A stretch of 64,000 bases of DNA from Squalus acanthias (taxonomy: Eukaryota), in contig CM059437.1 of assembly GCA_030390025.1 (NCBI GenBank), positions 4,154,001-4,218,000 of the forward strand, read 5' to 3'. The position numbers and the translations under genes are program-made. The notes below the pieces were generated by a model, which saw only the letters and a program-made list of their open reading frames with translations, was not told the origin of the DNA and ran no database searches. This document shows positions 1 through 14,700 of the stretch, one piece after another (positions within the stretch are counted from its first letter, which is position 1; each line of letters opens with the position of its first letter).

Positions 1-3000
1 TTGCTTCTGAAGAAAACAATAAAAACTACAAATAACGTGTTTAGCCCAAACACAAAACCGTGAGCCATTTGGCCGTAATGCTCTAAATCCACGTGTAAAA
101 TAGGTACTTAGAAATTCTAAAACGAATTGCATTAATTGTTGCTTTTTCCCCATTTTACTGCAGAACACTGAAGGACACGCGTTCAGTTATACCGGGCACT
201 AGGAATAAAATGAGAAATGGAACGCAAGACCACAATGTACTTCCTCCGTCAGGGATGTGTTTTCCTGTTTACCCACTGGATTTCCTGAGCTATCAGCGCG
301 GAGAAGCAATAAAAAAGATGACAGAAACATTTCGAAATTCTGAGAGAGAGAAAAAAACTTTTGACTCCTAACATTGATTTAAAAAGCTCCCGCCCCCCCC
401 CTCAAACTGCAGACCGGAAACGGCAAGAATTAAAAAAACTTGACAGACGGCTTCGAGGACTTTGCCACAACACTGATTATCACAGGGTGAGAAACTTGAC
501 ATTTACTGATGAGAAATGTCAAAGTATAATTTTCCTCTTATGTATCTACATTTCTCCTTAGACTGCTTTTGTGACTGCACAAGTAATCTTTACAATGAAC
601 CTCAAAATTTGCAGACAATCACCAGATTAGCGTGACGGGAAGTCTAGTACAGTAAGGGTGATAATGCTTCCAATTTTACTCTTGATAAAAGCACACGGTG
701 ACAGTATCCAAGCACTGCAACACACAGTAAGTGCAGTGTATAAATAAAATACTAACTATATTATAGAACGCTAGTCTCTGTACTTGTTTGGGGTAATTCT
801 TTATTGTGGGATCAAAGGACATCCGTTTGTGTTAAGAATCTCTTTAGCCTAACAAATTGATATAGCACCTATTCCCCTGTCTCTCACTTAAACTTGAAAC
901 CCCAAAGGAAAAATTTTCGTATACAAGTCTGTGCAACTTTCAATTAGTCGTACTTAAGAGTCACATTTCAAAACGATGACATTTATAGAGGCTAAAAGTC
1001 TATAATTCTAAACTGACAGCAGTAAGAGTTAAAGGCTGTAATTTCGAAGTAATGATTTAGTTTTGCGTTTGAATCCAGAACAGTTACAGAAAGTATGGGG
1101 CACTTCATATTTTGAAAACATTTTGCTAGTTGATCAAATACTTATTTTACAATTGGATATGGGTGGAAAAATACACCTCTATCCACTTTTACACATGCAT
1201 CTTAGGCTTTAGAGTGCAGGTTAACATTGCTGCTGTTCCCTTGCTCACCTTGAATGCATTATGAATTCACAAGATAGTTTACTTAGGCCAGAGTCAGAAA
1301 ACCCAGCCTAACTCGAACCTACTGATCGAGCGTCGAAAACAAGAGTGGGAGATGCCGAAGGTGAGGCAGTATTAGGAGGGGGAGGGGGGGGGGGGCGCAG
1401 TTTAGTCACAAATATTATTAAGGATAATTTTGAGATTAGACCCCACTCACTGTAACATGGGTGCTTTTAAATAAGAGTCCTATTTTTTTCCATTTAATCT
1501 TTGCAAAAGTTTACGATATAGTTACTAACATATATTTGGATGTCCCTTCTTTTAAGCATTAAAAACACTGGCGATCAACTTGACTCTTAGTTTAACAAGA
1601 AATATAATTAATATTCCTTCTGCATTCAGTTAGTGGGAGAGTTAACATTTGGAACACTGATAAACCAAGGAAGTGTTTTAAAAATAATAAAAAGATGTCC
1701 TTGACTGCACACCGCCTTCCTCAAAAGGCCGATTTCCTTTTTAAACAATATACGTAAACAGACTATATAAGATTACATTAATCCACACGGGACAGTGTTG
1801 AACTGCCAATGTTCCAACACAATGATTATTACAGGAAATTAAAAAAAACGTTGTTAATATTTCGTAAATAAAATGAAGTTAAGGCAGAAACGAAAAGCCT
1901 GCATCGTTTTGTATCTGGATTATTAACTGGAGTAAACTTTGCATTAGATTAACAACTAGAAGTGCGAACACGTTTGAGCAAACCCCCGCCCCCACCCTTC
2001 CCCACAGCTAAATAGTTCAAATTCATATTTAAAGGACACGGCGCTTTATTCTTTGTTCCGAAACACAGCTTATCAAATCAAAAGCAAAACACAAAGTAAA
2101 TTATTGTCATTGCGTTGCAGACAGGTAACAAACGAATTCTCAACCAGGCAATGAGTTTGCAGAACGCAAGACGAGAGGTTACCAGAAAGTACAGCCCCGG
2201 AGATACTTTCAAACAAACGAGATCCGATATGTATCTATAAACTCTATTCCAGTTCAATGTCACCTCAATAAAACATTAGGAACATTTAAATCTACTGAAG
2301 TAAATTAATCAGACGCTAGGAAGTAGGCCCATTGATCCCGACCACCATACCTTACGTTTCTTTACAGTTTGGGCCCACTGCACTGGTTAAAGCAGAGACC
2401 AATATATTTATAAAAGCTACAATCTCCGCAGTACTGCCAATTAAACATTTTTAAAGAGGTTTTTTTTTCATTTTGGCAGCTTCTCTGGGCCCTGCTGACA
2501 GAAGCAGTGCACGCCGTGGTTTATAATTTAAGGTAACTTACTTTGAGCTGTACAGTTCCATCTGAGTTTAAAATGCAATCGCTAAAGATTTTGGACCCTG
2601 CAGGTCTGGTAAAGGAGGCCTGCTTGATTCCTCTGGAAGACTAGTCACATTATCCGCTTCCAGACTGCAAAGCCAGCCAGATAAAGTTCAGCGTCACTAA
2701 CATTATACAGAATGTGAAATATATTGTACCTTGTCAACTCCCCACAACCATAAAACTAACTTTAACGACCCCACGTGACTTTTGAGAGCCAGTAGGGGTA
2801 TCTGCCTGCGGTATGGGCGATTTTTACGATCTAACTTTGAGATAAATACCCAATTCATTTGACATCCCAATGTCATACCGACTTCTTGTGTATGTAGTTT
2901 GCTATATTCACAAGGGGAGCAGGATAGAGCTAACATTTGCTGTGTGACTTATCAACTACAGATAAGCACGTGGACGTTCCTTTGGTAAGTTGAGTTTAAA

Positions 3001-4373
3001 CTAAACTAAGGTTTACCTGTTGCACAAAAATGAAGCCAGATTTACAAAAAGAGCGCGTGCAGTTTGTTGTATAGACAAACTTCTAAACAGTACATCTTGT
3101 TACTGTACAACTCTCTGGGGGCATGGCGTAGAAATCAAGTCTGAGGACCCTTTTTTATCGAATATACTCAACAAGAGCGAATAGAAAACAATCCTGTGGA
3201 AATGCTTAAACAGAGGATGCCGAGTTCAGTTAGATCCAGAAATTCCAAAATCCAAGAAGTTAAATGCCGCCTTCAAAGTATAAGAGAGATACATCCAGCG
3301 GCGCACGCAAAACAGTAACAGTTAGATAACCTTTAGGATTTAAGATGAAAGGTTAACTAATAGAGCCAGGTAAAGTTACGTTCTAATAATAGTTTATAGA
3401 ATTAACTACAAAATATAAAACGAGAAGCAATCATAGATGCTAATTAATAAAAAAAATCATTATGTACGCTGTTAATGTGCCTTCATAAAATGCACAGTTA
3501 AGATATCACAAAACACGTAGCAATATTCGAATGTAACACGCCTGATAATATTTATTGTACTAGATACTAACAATAGGGATTCCCCAGATACTGTAGAACC
3601 CGTATTGCACCAAGTGATAAGATGCCAGCTTATACACACTCGACATATTACACCACAGAGATCAGGGGTGGTTATGAGAAACTTTTACTTTATTTCGAAT
3701 TAAGCTACAAACAGATACAAAAAGCTTGTTGGCAACATACTGTAGGAGCTAGACATAGTTGTCGTTGATTTCCACAGAAAATATGCCATTCATCACTCTG
3801 CCCATTACAGACTAGCTATAGGCAACATTATAAACTTTTTTTGTATTATTTACAACCATTATAACTCACTAAATAATCGTGTACAATCATCGCTGATTTT
3901 AGAATCTATCCACATGTATTAACAATGATTAGAATTCTACATGGAATTTCGACATACGGACGTTGCTTAAAATCACGGACAGCATAAGGACAGAAACTTA
4001 CAAGGTGTATATATTGTTGAAAGGTGATAGTGCAAGAGCAAAGAGTTTAGCTTTTTATCAGCGTGGGGGAGGGAAGGAAGATCAAATTGTACAACTTGTG
4101 TCAATTATAAATAAGTTATACCATTTACAATCCACAAAAAAACATGCTACTTTTCCCAGAAAGCACCAACAGTTCACTGACACAGACATATGTAAGACAG
4201 CAATAAGCATTTAACAGCGAAAGGACAACACAACAGAATAAAAAGAAGAAAAAATTATTAGCAGTACCACAGAAAAGTTTAGGTCGTCTTTAATATTTAA
4301 CAACACGCGGGGAAAAAGGTGCCTCGCTGTACAGTACTGATGCACGGTGTCTGTTATTTTTACATGTTGTGTG

Positions 4374-4624
4374 TTAGGGTTGGAAGGCGCTTGCTCCGGC
4401 CGTCATGTTCATGCTTTTCAGCTTGTTGTCCTTTTTCCATTTCATCCGTCGATTCTGGAACCAAATCTTGATCTGCCGTTCTGAGAGACACAGAGCATGG
4501 GCAATCTCTATCCTCCGCCGCCGGGTTAGATATCTGTTGAAGTGGAACTCTTTTTCCAACTCCAACGTCTGAAAACGAGTATAAGCAGTCCTGGCTCTTT
4601 TCCCGTCCGGTCCACCCACACCAT
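4374..4624 (-). CDS. hoxb5: HoxB5 exon 2 (homeobox)
   Basis: Acceptor ttattaacag|AT at 4625/4624. Encodes (D)[71 protein letters not shown]...FQP*, a PG5 homeodomain with B5-type C-terminus. Confidence 0.96.
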
Positions 4625-4878
4625 CTGTTAATAAATACAGGCAGGTTTTTTTTATCCATGCTAAATTATCTATCCCCTTTAAAAAAAGATTCATTTTTTT
4701 TAAATCAGAATTTTAGACCTTGAAAGTTGCAGTATTCCTTTCCCCGGGGCCTCTCCGGACATGTATGTCAAAATGAAAGTACATTGTCCCCAATCTGAAT
4801 TGCTATTAATTATCATTTTCCTTTTCATTGTCTGACTATGTAACCTGTGTCTTGACGGCTGTGCTTCTAATTATCTGC

Positions 4879-4943
4879 ACACACACACGCACACTCACAT
4901 ACACACACACACACACACACCAGATACACACAGTCACACACAG

Positions 4944-4967
<24 letters not shown>
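4879..4967. repeat. Imperfect (CA)n microsatellite in HoxB5 intron
   Basis: Direct inspection. Confidence 0.9.
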
Positions 4968-4974
<7 letters not shown>

Positions 4975-5388
4975 GTCTGAAATTGCAAACAGATCCATGG
5001 AAAATGGGTCACAGCAAAGCTGACTGTCCAGGGAAACTGCACAGTGCTCTTTGTTATTATGCTGATCGTGCAGTACAAGTCGTAGCTTTCTATACACTAG
5101 CATCATAGATATCATATAATATTTACAATTTATCCGCATTATATACGATTATTTTAATATTTGCTGAATTTTGTTGGTCGACTTGCGCGTTATTTTTTTC
5201 ATGCAGGTTATAAAATTGTGGTTTACAGATTTAAATTACATTTGCGAAAAATGTTTAGTTAAGTTTCTGTCGAGCAATAAAACACAAATTGTTCACATTT
5301 TGTGTCACCCAGGTTGCACAATAGGACGCCATGAATTACCTGACCACAGAGCAATATTTAGAGTGATAAACAGAAATTGAAAGTGTAC

Positions 5389-5923
5389 CATGGCCAATGT
5401 GCAGTTTTCTCATCCAAGGAAATATTTGTGGCTGCTGCTCTGGTGTTGTTGCTTGTGTTGGTTCTTGCTGTGCCCTGGGATGGTTGTTGTTGTTGGCTTG
5501 AGTGCCCTCTTCGGTATCCGAGGATGCTCCGGCCTCGTCCATTTCTGTAAAATTACTTGCTGAACTAGAGGAGGTAGTCGGGTCGGATGGGGAACCCTTG
5601 GCTCCGTGACTGTCCTTGCCGGAACAAGGAAGGGGTTCTGGAGATGAGAGGGTGCAGCTCGCTGCTTGCCTGAACCTGGTTTCTGTAGCTGGAGGGTAGC
5701 TTCTGGAGTTTTCTGTATTAACCACTCCAAAGTGGTTAGATGAGGCTGAACGGGTGATGCTAAGGTCCATACCATTGTAGTTGTAGCCGTAAGTGCCTGA
5801 ATGCATGGTGCCTGAGTCCCTGTATGGTCCGTTCTCGGAGCTGCTCGTCCCATAATTAAGTAACTGATAATCCGGGCCATTTTGATAGCGACCGGAGAAT
5901 GAGTTTACAAAGTAAGAGCTCAT
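5389..5923 (-). CDS. hoxb5: HoxB5 exon 1
   Basis: Starts [25 protein letters not shown] and ends at hexapeptide IFPWMRKLH. Donor CATG|gtacac at 5389/5388, phase 1. Joins exon 2 in frame (261 aa). Confidence 0.96.
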
Positions 5924-5959
5924 TTGGGTTTTTTTGGGTTGATTTGTGGTTGTTAGTCG

Positions 5960-6180
5960 TTATAACCCAGTCCTGCACGATTTATGATATATTAATGAAT
6001 TATAGAAATGACTGTACTTCGTTCGCTTCTGTATGCGGCCAAATATGGGGGGTGCGAGTCGGAATCACGTGCTTTTGTTGACCAGTCGTAAATTCTCACT
6101 GATGACCTCAAGGGGTAATTCATGCTCTATGGTTACAAATAATGACGATCCGAGAATCGTTACGCCATGTGAATGCAAGG
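5960..6180 (-). promoter_or_regulatory. HoxB5 proximal promoter / Hox5-type conserved upstream element
   Basis: Minus strand reads TTTACGACTGGTCAACAAAAGCACGTGATTCC (Hox/Cdx-like site plus E-box), a block I recognise upstream of vertebrate PG5 genes. CArG/YY1-like CCAAATATGG at 6039-6048. Confidence 0.7.
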
Positions 6181-6208
6181 CTCCAAATGGTGGCCAGGTT
6201 TGCAGAGT

Positions 6209-6222
6209 GCGCCACCTACTGG
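6209..6222 (-). promoter_or_regulatory. CTCF motif between HoxB5 and HoxB6
   Basis: Minus strand CCAGTAGGTGGCGC is a close match to the CTCF core. Confidence 0.7.
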
Positions 6223-8353
6223 GCTCCGCCTAAATTACACGAATTAAGGTCATTGCTTGTATATTAACATTGGTATTATTATATTAATAATAACACAACA
6301 GAAAGTTACCTTTTAAATTTACCTACCTCAAAATCAATAAATTCTAGTATTGTATTACATTTTGTTACCTATTTTATTTAACCTTTGACAATGCATTTGT
6401 TTAAAAGCGCTATAAAAAATCAAAAATGCTAAGCATAAAACGGCAATTCAATTATCTTGCAATTGAATTGGAAATCACGTTTTATAGCTGTACTTGGAGT
6501 GGAGCAATTTATTTCGTTTTTTGACCAGATACATTTAAAAACAATTAACTTGCCATCCTTGACTAGTCAGTTAAATGTACGCGTTCATTGACTTACGCTT
6601 GGTGCTGTCGATGTGAGCTATATTATTTGCTACATGTTATAGTTCCAGTGTGTTTGCGGGATTGAAGTTCGTTCTGAAATGTGGTAATGTGTGCGAATAA
6701 AATATGCTATCTATTAAAAAAAAACTTTGTTCTTAAAATTACACAGATCCTTTCGAGACAAGGGGCAGACTGAATCTTAGAAAGTTATAATTTATACCTT
6801 GGGTGCACTCCTTTATGTTCCATGGGCTGTGCGCAGAGCACATTTATTTTCATTACTCTGTTTTGAAGGAGTTACCTTAAGAAAATACACGTTTGAACTA
6901 CTTTGTACCACCTCGACCATTCGGAGTTAATCTGCTTTATTAAAATTACCGTGTAATTATTCTGACTTAAATGCTAAATGAATAATATTAATTGACATTC
7001 CGGAGAGACGAGTCCTCTCCTCGGTATTTTGTATACACATAACCTCAGTATCGTGAAACGGTCTTTTACCGGATCGGCACAAGTCCTTCAGTAAAACTCA
7101 CCTCCTCGAGGGTTCGGTGAATAATTAGCAGAGCGACTTCAGTATTTTGCGGCAAAATGTTATATTATTGTGTGTGGAAGGATTAAATGCGAATATTCAC
7201 CAGACTGAATCTGGTGGATTTTTGCGGGCATGCATAGTTATGACTACAGGACGTTTGTGCTGAAACCCCTTCTTTAAAAATGCGCCTTAACAAGACGATG
7301 TCATAAATGGGTCGTGCATTTAACAAGACGGCTACCGTATAACAGTGAATAAAATAATTGAAACCAAGAGAGGCAGTTGTTAAAAGCCGCAAGATCCTTC
7401 GCTTTCTCTCTCTGTAATAAACAATCTGGTTGTGAATTTCAAAGCTTTGCAAACCTATCCACAGCCAAGTAATGTTTGTATAATCCAGTCTGATTTTTAG
7501 AAGCGGCAGTAAGCTGATTACTGGAATGAAATTTAAATAAGTTTTGAAGGGAAATCATAGAGATAAATCAATTACGAGAAATTCAATGAGGATTGTCAAC
7601 TTTTGTTTTGTGATAGATTGCAACCTAGACTTGGATAAGCAATGAGTAGCGATATTGAAAATGTTAGTCTTTCTACCATCTCTCTCTCTCAGATCATCAG
7701 TGGCTTTTATGCACGTTATGATTCTCGAATTGAAAAATACACAGCATTGATTTTTTTTTTAGAAAAACTTTTATTATCATTCCAGATACGGATGCTTCAG
7801 TTTTTTTAAATTCATTACACACGCTACAAACACAATCACGTTCATTTAACCAAAAACACAAATAAAAAAATAACCTCTTACTCAATTCTTAAGACATTTT
7901 GCTTTTATTTTCCTCGCGAAAACAATCCAAAATACAATATTTAGACCTCATTGTGTAATTTGCACACGCACGCACACACATTTCCACACACGCACGCATA
8001 CATACATAAAATAAATTGTGTTCACAGTGCACAAAAAAACATACACCTTAATTAACTAGAGAGCTGAGAACAACCTCAAAGAAAATTCACAATATTGCAG
8101 CAGCTCAATTGAGATATAGAATTCATGGAATACTCCTAGTGTTTTTTAAACTATTGACACCAAGGTGAAAACAATGCCTGCCTGGCTAGACCAAAGGAAT
8201 GCATAACTCCATAATAAATCTTACAACACATACAGAAATGTACAATTCCACTGGTGCGCAACAGCAAACACAATGTAAACTTTTAATATTCATTATTCAT
8301 TTTTAAATAAAGAACTGCATAGCGTTCCCCTCTCATTCTATCTCTTGTGGTTT

Positions 8354-8734
<381 letters not shown>

Positions 8735-9253
8735 TCACATTGATTATATTGGACGTTGTATGTTAAGCTACTCAGTTTCATAATAGACTGTTTGATGAGC
8801 ACTTTCGATCTGAAACACTATAAGTAATGATTCCCATTCATGTTATGGTTACATTCTGTCCGATTAAGACTTTATAACCGGTGGGCCTGGCAGCTGTGCA
8901 TTAAAATCTTTAGGAAAGAACAACTGATCTTGCCCCATAGTTAGTGGAGGCCAGACTCACATTTTATATACATAAACATATTAATCTTATGTTCCAGACG
9001 TTGAGTTTTAATGAATTATTCCGAATCTCTAAATATGCAGCAACTCATATTTTAATGTGAAACCCGACACAGTGAAATGTATTAAAGTCTCCTGAAATCA
9101 GTCAATGTTAAATGCTCGGCTCTAAGAAAGGGGGTTTAAGGGATTAAGTGCTCATCTCTGCTCTTTCTAACTATGTTCAATGTAAGCATGCGTTAAAAAG
9201 TTTTTATTTTCAACAAATATGTGAAACTAAAAAGTATTAAAGTGCAAACTTAC

Positions 9254-9686
9254 CCCCACTGGAGTTCATTCTTTGCATCCAGGGGTAGACGGGAAGCGAA
9301 CTCTTCTGATCGTCCACCTCTCCATATAAAATTCTGTTTTGTGCGCACTCGGATTTGCGTTGGTCGGGGTTAAAATGCGTTGGGTCTTCCAGTGAGTGGT
9401 ATTTGGAGCTGGTGGAGGAGGCGCCGTAAGGAGGGTCTTTCTCCCGATAAAAACTGGGGGCACCGTAATCACAGGGTGCCCGGTTGCACCCATACGCGCC
9501 GTTGGCTTGTTGATAGTAAGAGGGTGATGGGTAGCTTTTATCCTGCATGCTTGTAGCCCCATATGTGGCCGGGTAGTGTCTTAAAGGGTCGTAACCGGAG
9601 GAATATAGCGGAATCTGCCCAAGGAAGGACTCCTGCCCACTGGCAAGAGTCACCGGGAAAGTCGAGTTCACAAAATACGAACTCAT
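9254..9686 (-). CDS. hoxb6: HoxB6 exon 1
   Basis: [32 protein letters not shown]...VYPWMQRMNS. Donor GGGG|gtaagt at 9254/9253, phase 1 (230 aa in total). Confidence 0.96.
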
Positions 9687-12600
9687 TTGTTGGCTGCGCT
9701 CTGTTATGATTTGTTATGTATTAGTCCAAGTGCCTGTGCTATTAGCAGTTAGCGAGATGGGTTTGATTCGGGATGGCCAAGTGCCAGAAAGGACAGCAGG
9801 AAATATAACCATCTGATCATCGACTGACCAATGGCAATACTGTTTGATAGGAAAATAGCACCCATGAGGGACTTATCCATGAATCAGAAACGCTAGCAGA
9901 AACCGGCACATGTGATGGGGAAAAGTCCCAAACAGAGACAGAGAGAGAGAAAAATAATCAACAGAAACACAGCATCTTTAGATTCACTCTGTACCGAAAG
10001 GGATAAAAAAGCATAAGAATGCGCAAAGTTCTGCATCTATTTAACATTAGTTTACAAGCCCGTGCAAGCAGCGAAACAATCTACCCCTCAAACTGAACCA
10101 ACAAGCAAAATAACACTCCATCCAGTATCCGTGCATTCAGATAATAATTCACTAAACACTTATTAACTCGATTTTATTGCTTCTTCCCTTTTCAATCGGA
10201 GGTTTCTTACCGGTCTGGCTTGCATTGTGATTGTGTAATTAAAGATGCATTCGGTCTGTTTTACATATAAAATGTTTCCATTGATATTTCCAGCTCCCCA
10301 TGTTATTTACCAGAAGAGTTTCGTTCGCATGTTGCATTGTATGTGTATAAATATCTCGGTGGCGTGTGTATTAAGCACTCAAGAGTTCCTGATAGTCGTT
10401 TGTTGTGCTTGTGTTGCAGTGTTCTCGCTGTGTAAGAATGCGATGCGGTTTAACTTTGAGGCACACGAAAAGGGGATCAAAATACCAACTTTTAATCTTT
10501 CATTGAAACCACCAAGCGAACGGAAGAAACTTTCCAAAGAGAAAAAGGCAACGAGACCAAAAACCCGGGAGGGAATCAGCAGCGGAATTGGACACAAACA
10601 TTCGCTACGAAGAATCTACAATTTTATATTTAAAAGTTCCCGGAATAACATCTGCGAAGAGTTTTTTTAAAAAGTTTGGTATCAAAGACAAACGGGGAAC
10701 AACACAGAAAATGGCTTAAAATTCATTAGAAACCCAACTTATTAGACAGTGGCCGCCTTTGTAAAACAAAACAGTGTCTGCGCCCAAAAGCAGCAAGAAC
10801 GGTTTTCGCTGACAGAAGTATGGCGATATTTATATGTACTTTGTTTAGCTCAGTGAGTACACCATTTACAGACTTATTCCGTGTATTTAAACATATATGT
10901 ACGGATATTACTTGAAGTCACTTACATTAAGTGCTTAATCGATACCGGGTGATATCCAAGACTACACACAGACTGTAAACTGATACACGCCTATATTTAT
11001 AGATTGGTGCACAGTACTTCAGATAACATTCAATGTTGCTCTTCTGATCTATGTTGTGTTGTACTCTTAAACTATGCGTTATAGAAATAAAATAGTTTTG
11101 CATTGTAATATATGAATTTCGTAATGTGTATTTTATTCAAATTTCAGCTTTTCTATGTATAAATCTTTATACTTTACTCATGAAATTCACCAGATGGTTT
11201 TTATTCAAAAAATACAGACATGTTGTGTCCATCTGTGTGATTAGCGAGTTTAAAAAAAATCAAACCAAGTTTTAGCCATTTTCACTTTATATGAAAACGC
11301 ATAAATATATTTTTTAATAGATATAATTATTTTACCATTTATAACTATTAAATGTTACAAGTGTCAGAGAGTTTGTGTTGGACTTTAGGATTTATTTTTA
11401 GCAGTTCCTCTGGAACGCACCACTTCCTGGTTTCAAACATCTGTTTCAAAGAATCATAAACTGATTAGTGAGCACATGGCAGAAATTAAAGAAAGGCTTC
11501 CCTCTTGGTACTGGTTCATTTTCAGATGCGGGTAGTTTTCTTGTTCCGCAAACGTGTCGGTTTGAGCAGGGTGAGAGCATAGACGAAACTTTTCCTATCT
11601 GAGAGATTCCCAGTCTGGCATTACTTCTTGAAGCGGCGGTTACTGCAATCAAACCAAGTGTCTCCAACTTAAATCTTAGATTTTTACTTTCTATTCTTTT
11701 TACTTCCTTGTTCTAATTTCCAAGAAAGCTTTAAAGAGCAATGATATGAAGACTCTGCATATACATTGCAACCTTTCAAATAACATTAGTACTTGGAGAC
11801 AACCGACTCAAATCAGTTGCTATCTGATGTTCAGTTTCTTTTGCTAAACATTCTTTCTTTTCATTTTTTAGACATTTGGTCCCCAAGTACATAGCTTTAT
11901 TGTAACTTTAGGTTCATTTTGTTTTAATTGTGTCATTTTTAAAATGATTGATACCGTCTGATTTTATCGCCTCAATCCCTGTAAGCTACAAGGGTGCGTT
12001 CCAATCAATATAAATTTTGTTTTATTTATTCATAATTAATTTTTAAAATAAGTTCAGTATAAGCAGAGTTGGAATTATAAAACCAGGTAGAACAAAAGTT
12101 GGAAGATTATAGCTATTTCCCAGCACAATTGTTCCAACGCTGAGTTTCCAAGGAATCTCATAGTTGTCATTTAAACAAATGCGGTATATAAATGTTTTCA
12201 TCTGAGTTTTGATTGCTGAATCAGACATATTTTCGAATACAACTTGATATTTGTTCCTTTCACCAAATATTTTAGCTTTAAGTCTTAGTTAGATATTCCC
12301 ACCACCCCGACAATGTTCCCTTTTACTGGTCATCGAAGGTCGCCATTTACTTTTGGTGTCAATTTCAACATCTCTTTGTCAGGGAAAGGGCTTAAAATCC
12401 TCTTTCAATGTGTGGGAAGGTAAAATTAAAGGGGGTGGTGGAAGTTCTGTGGGTCTTGTTTATTGCAATAGGTCGGGGACATCAAAGGCAGAAATTCGTT
12501 TATAAGCGGTCTGGTTACGCTTTACATGGCAGGCCTTGCACATAACAGGACTGGCTTGCAGCATTGCTATCTGTGCAGGGATAAACAGCAAATTCAGGCC

Positions 12601-14330
12601 TTGCTATCAATTTGCTGCTATTAGGAGGTAGCCAAGAATTTGCTCCTATGAGATCTGTTTGCACAGGAATTTTACAAATCACAACTGCAGATTAACTTTG
12701 ACACAAAATTCGATTTCTTCAATAACCCTGGAATTTCCTCCAAAAGGCACTTCTGTTTAATACGAATTGGCTACTATTAAAGTAGAACATCTGGGAGAGC
12801 CGCTAACAGACCATCACAATACATTTACATTCGTACACACCACTGCGACAAGGTTGCGGTGTACTATATCTTCCCTTTTTCAAATACTCTGAGCTTATGT
12901 TTTTCTTTGAACAGAACAGCCAACAAAATAAAATCACAAACATTACTAGTTCCATTCTAGTTAGTGCAATTGTTGCATTGAGAGAGACAGAAATGAAAGC
13001 AAATAGGTAACTTGCTACTGAAAAGCACATAGACCAATAATGAAAATCGCTGCGAACTTTTAGTTATATATAAGTACGCATGCACACGCACATACTCCGA
13101 CGATATATAAATATACATCGTCGGTGCTCGTTTATGCAGCTCAGTTCCTTTCCATATTCTGCAGATACAATGCAGCATGTCCCTTTTGCTCCATTATTTT
13201 CCGACTTCCTCGGCCAAGTGGAACGCAAGGTGGCAGCAGAGAGCCAGAAATCCTGCCACCTCAACCCCCCCCCCCCCCCACCCCCAGCAAAAGCCCTGGT
13301 AGATTTATATTATATCAATGCAGAGCTACTGGGCCTCTTGGTTGCTAAACATTCTAAACCACGATCATCTAAACGCCATCTTATATTATATCATGGTACT
13401 GTTATCCACTATCGGTGTAAGCTGAAACCCTAATGCTCTCCAACAGAAAAAAACCTGTCGCACATCGTGAGCGTATGAATTTGTAACTCTAGCACCGAAT
13501 GCTCGACTCAGAACAAATTATTAACAATCGTGAGACACAATAGGAGGAAAAACACCACTATTACAACACAATTATAATACGTCAGTGCGTCACTCTCGGT
13601 GACACTGCCGGCCCTAATTGCTGCTCCCGATAAAACTGTTCACGCAATGAGCGACCCTCCAGAAAAGATTAACAATCACCAAGCTCATTTAACATTACCA
13701 TGTAACAGAACTCGTCCCCGAACACAATTATAGATTTGTCAACAAGCCACAGGGATAACTGGCTCGCTGATTATGTAACAGACATGTGAAGCAGAAACGT
13801 AATGCCAAAAACTCACGGTCTCTCAGTTAAATTGAAGAAATAATTTTTCACAGCTGCAGCACATTACAGTCTCTAAACACAGGCTCATTAGAATAAAATA
13901 CAATAAATATACTGTCCAACTGACATCAACAAGTCTCTAATTATTTTCTGTGCGGATTTTTTTTTGCTGAATTTCTGCACAAAAATCATTTAGTCGAATT
14001 TGGAAAAAATCAATTGTATAATAAGTGCTAATATTCGCCTTACCTTTTGCAGCATCGTCTGTGATTTTGTTTCGATCTGCCTCCTCTCACTTTGGAACCA
14101 GCGCGATTTTTTTTTCATCGACAATATTGTCCCAAACTGATAGCCGTCGGTTAACCTGCGGCCGCAGACTGGCCGGGGTTCATGCATCTGTCATTTACAC
14201 GGGAAATCGGAATTCGAGCCTCTTTGAAAAATGATATCATCCACATCACTGAGATTTGCGCCACTCCATCCATTGCTGAAATTCCCAATCGACAGACAAG
14301 TGGTAGATTACAAAAAAAGTCTTGTTTACT

Positions 14331-14404
14331 TTGTGTGCGCGTGTATGTCTGTGTGTGTGTGTGTGTGCCTGTGTGTGTGTGTATGTATGTGTGTGTGTGT
14401 GTGT
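14331..14404. repeat. Imperfect (GT)n microsatellite
   Basis: Direct inspection. Confidence 0.9.
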
Positions 14405-14512
14405 TTGCACCTCCACTAGTAACTATCAAAGTTTGAAAAAAAAACCGATAGAAGCCCTGAGGAGGACACAGGACCGACCCAAGGTACGGTGGCCAAAAGA
14501 ATACTGCAATAT

Positions 14513-14700
14513 ACTCACATGGGAAATCATAAAAAGTTCATGTTCACGGTTGCTATCCACATGACCGGCAGCGGCCAATCGAAGGACCGATCCACTCATA
14601 AAGTTCTATCACAAAGTTGTAAATTTTCATAAAACAACAAGGAATTTATTGCATTTCTTCATGACTACTAACAACAGGCCCCCTCGCCGCCATGTTTTGT
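14513..14700 (-). promoter_or_regulatory. Candidate conserved element / distal promoter-exon between HoxB6 and HoxB7
   Basis: Four Cdx/Hox TTTAT(G/T) cores, CCAAT (14575-14579), YY1-like CGCCATGTT (about 14688-14696) and minus-strand donor CAT|GTGAGT (14519/14518). Confidence 0.55.

Noticed and set aside
1-4370. Looked for miR-10, HoxB4 and a canonical DR5 RARE 3' of HoxB5
   Set aside because: None seen by eye. They probably lie left of the window.
12586-12617. 9-bp inverted repeat CAGCAAATT...AATTTGCTG
   Set aside because: Too short for a pre-miRNA and expected by chance in 64 kb.
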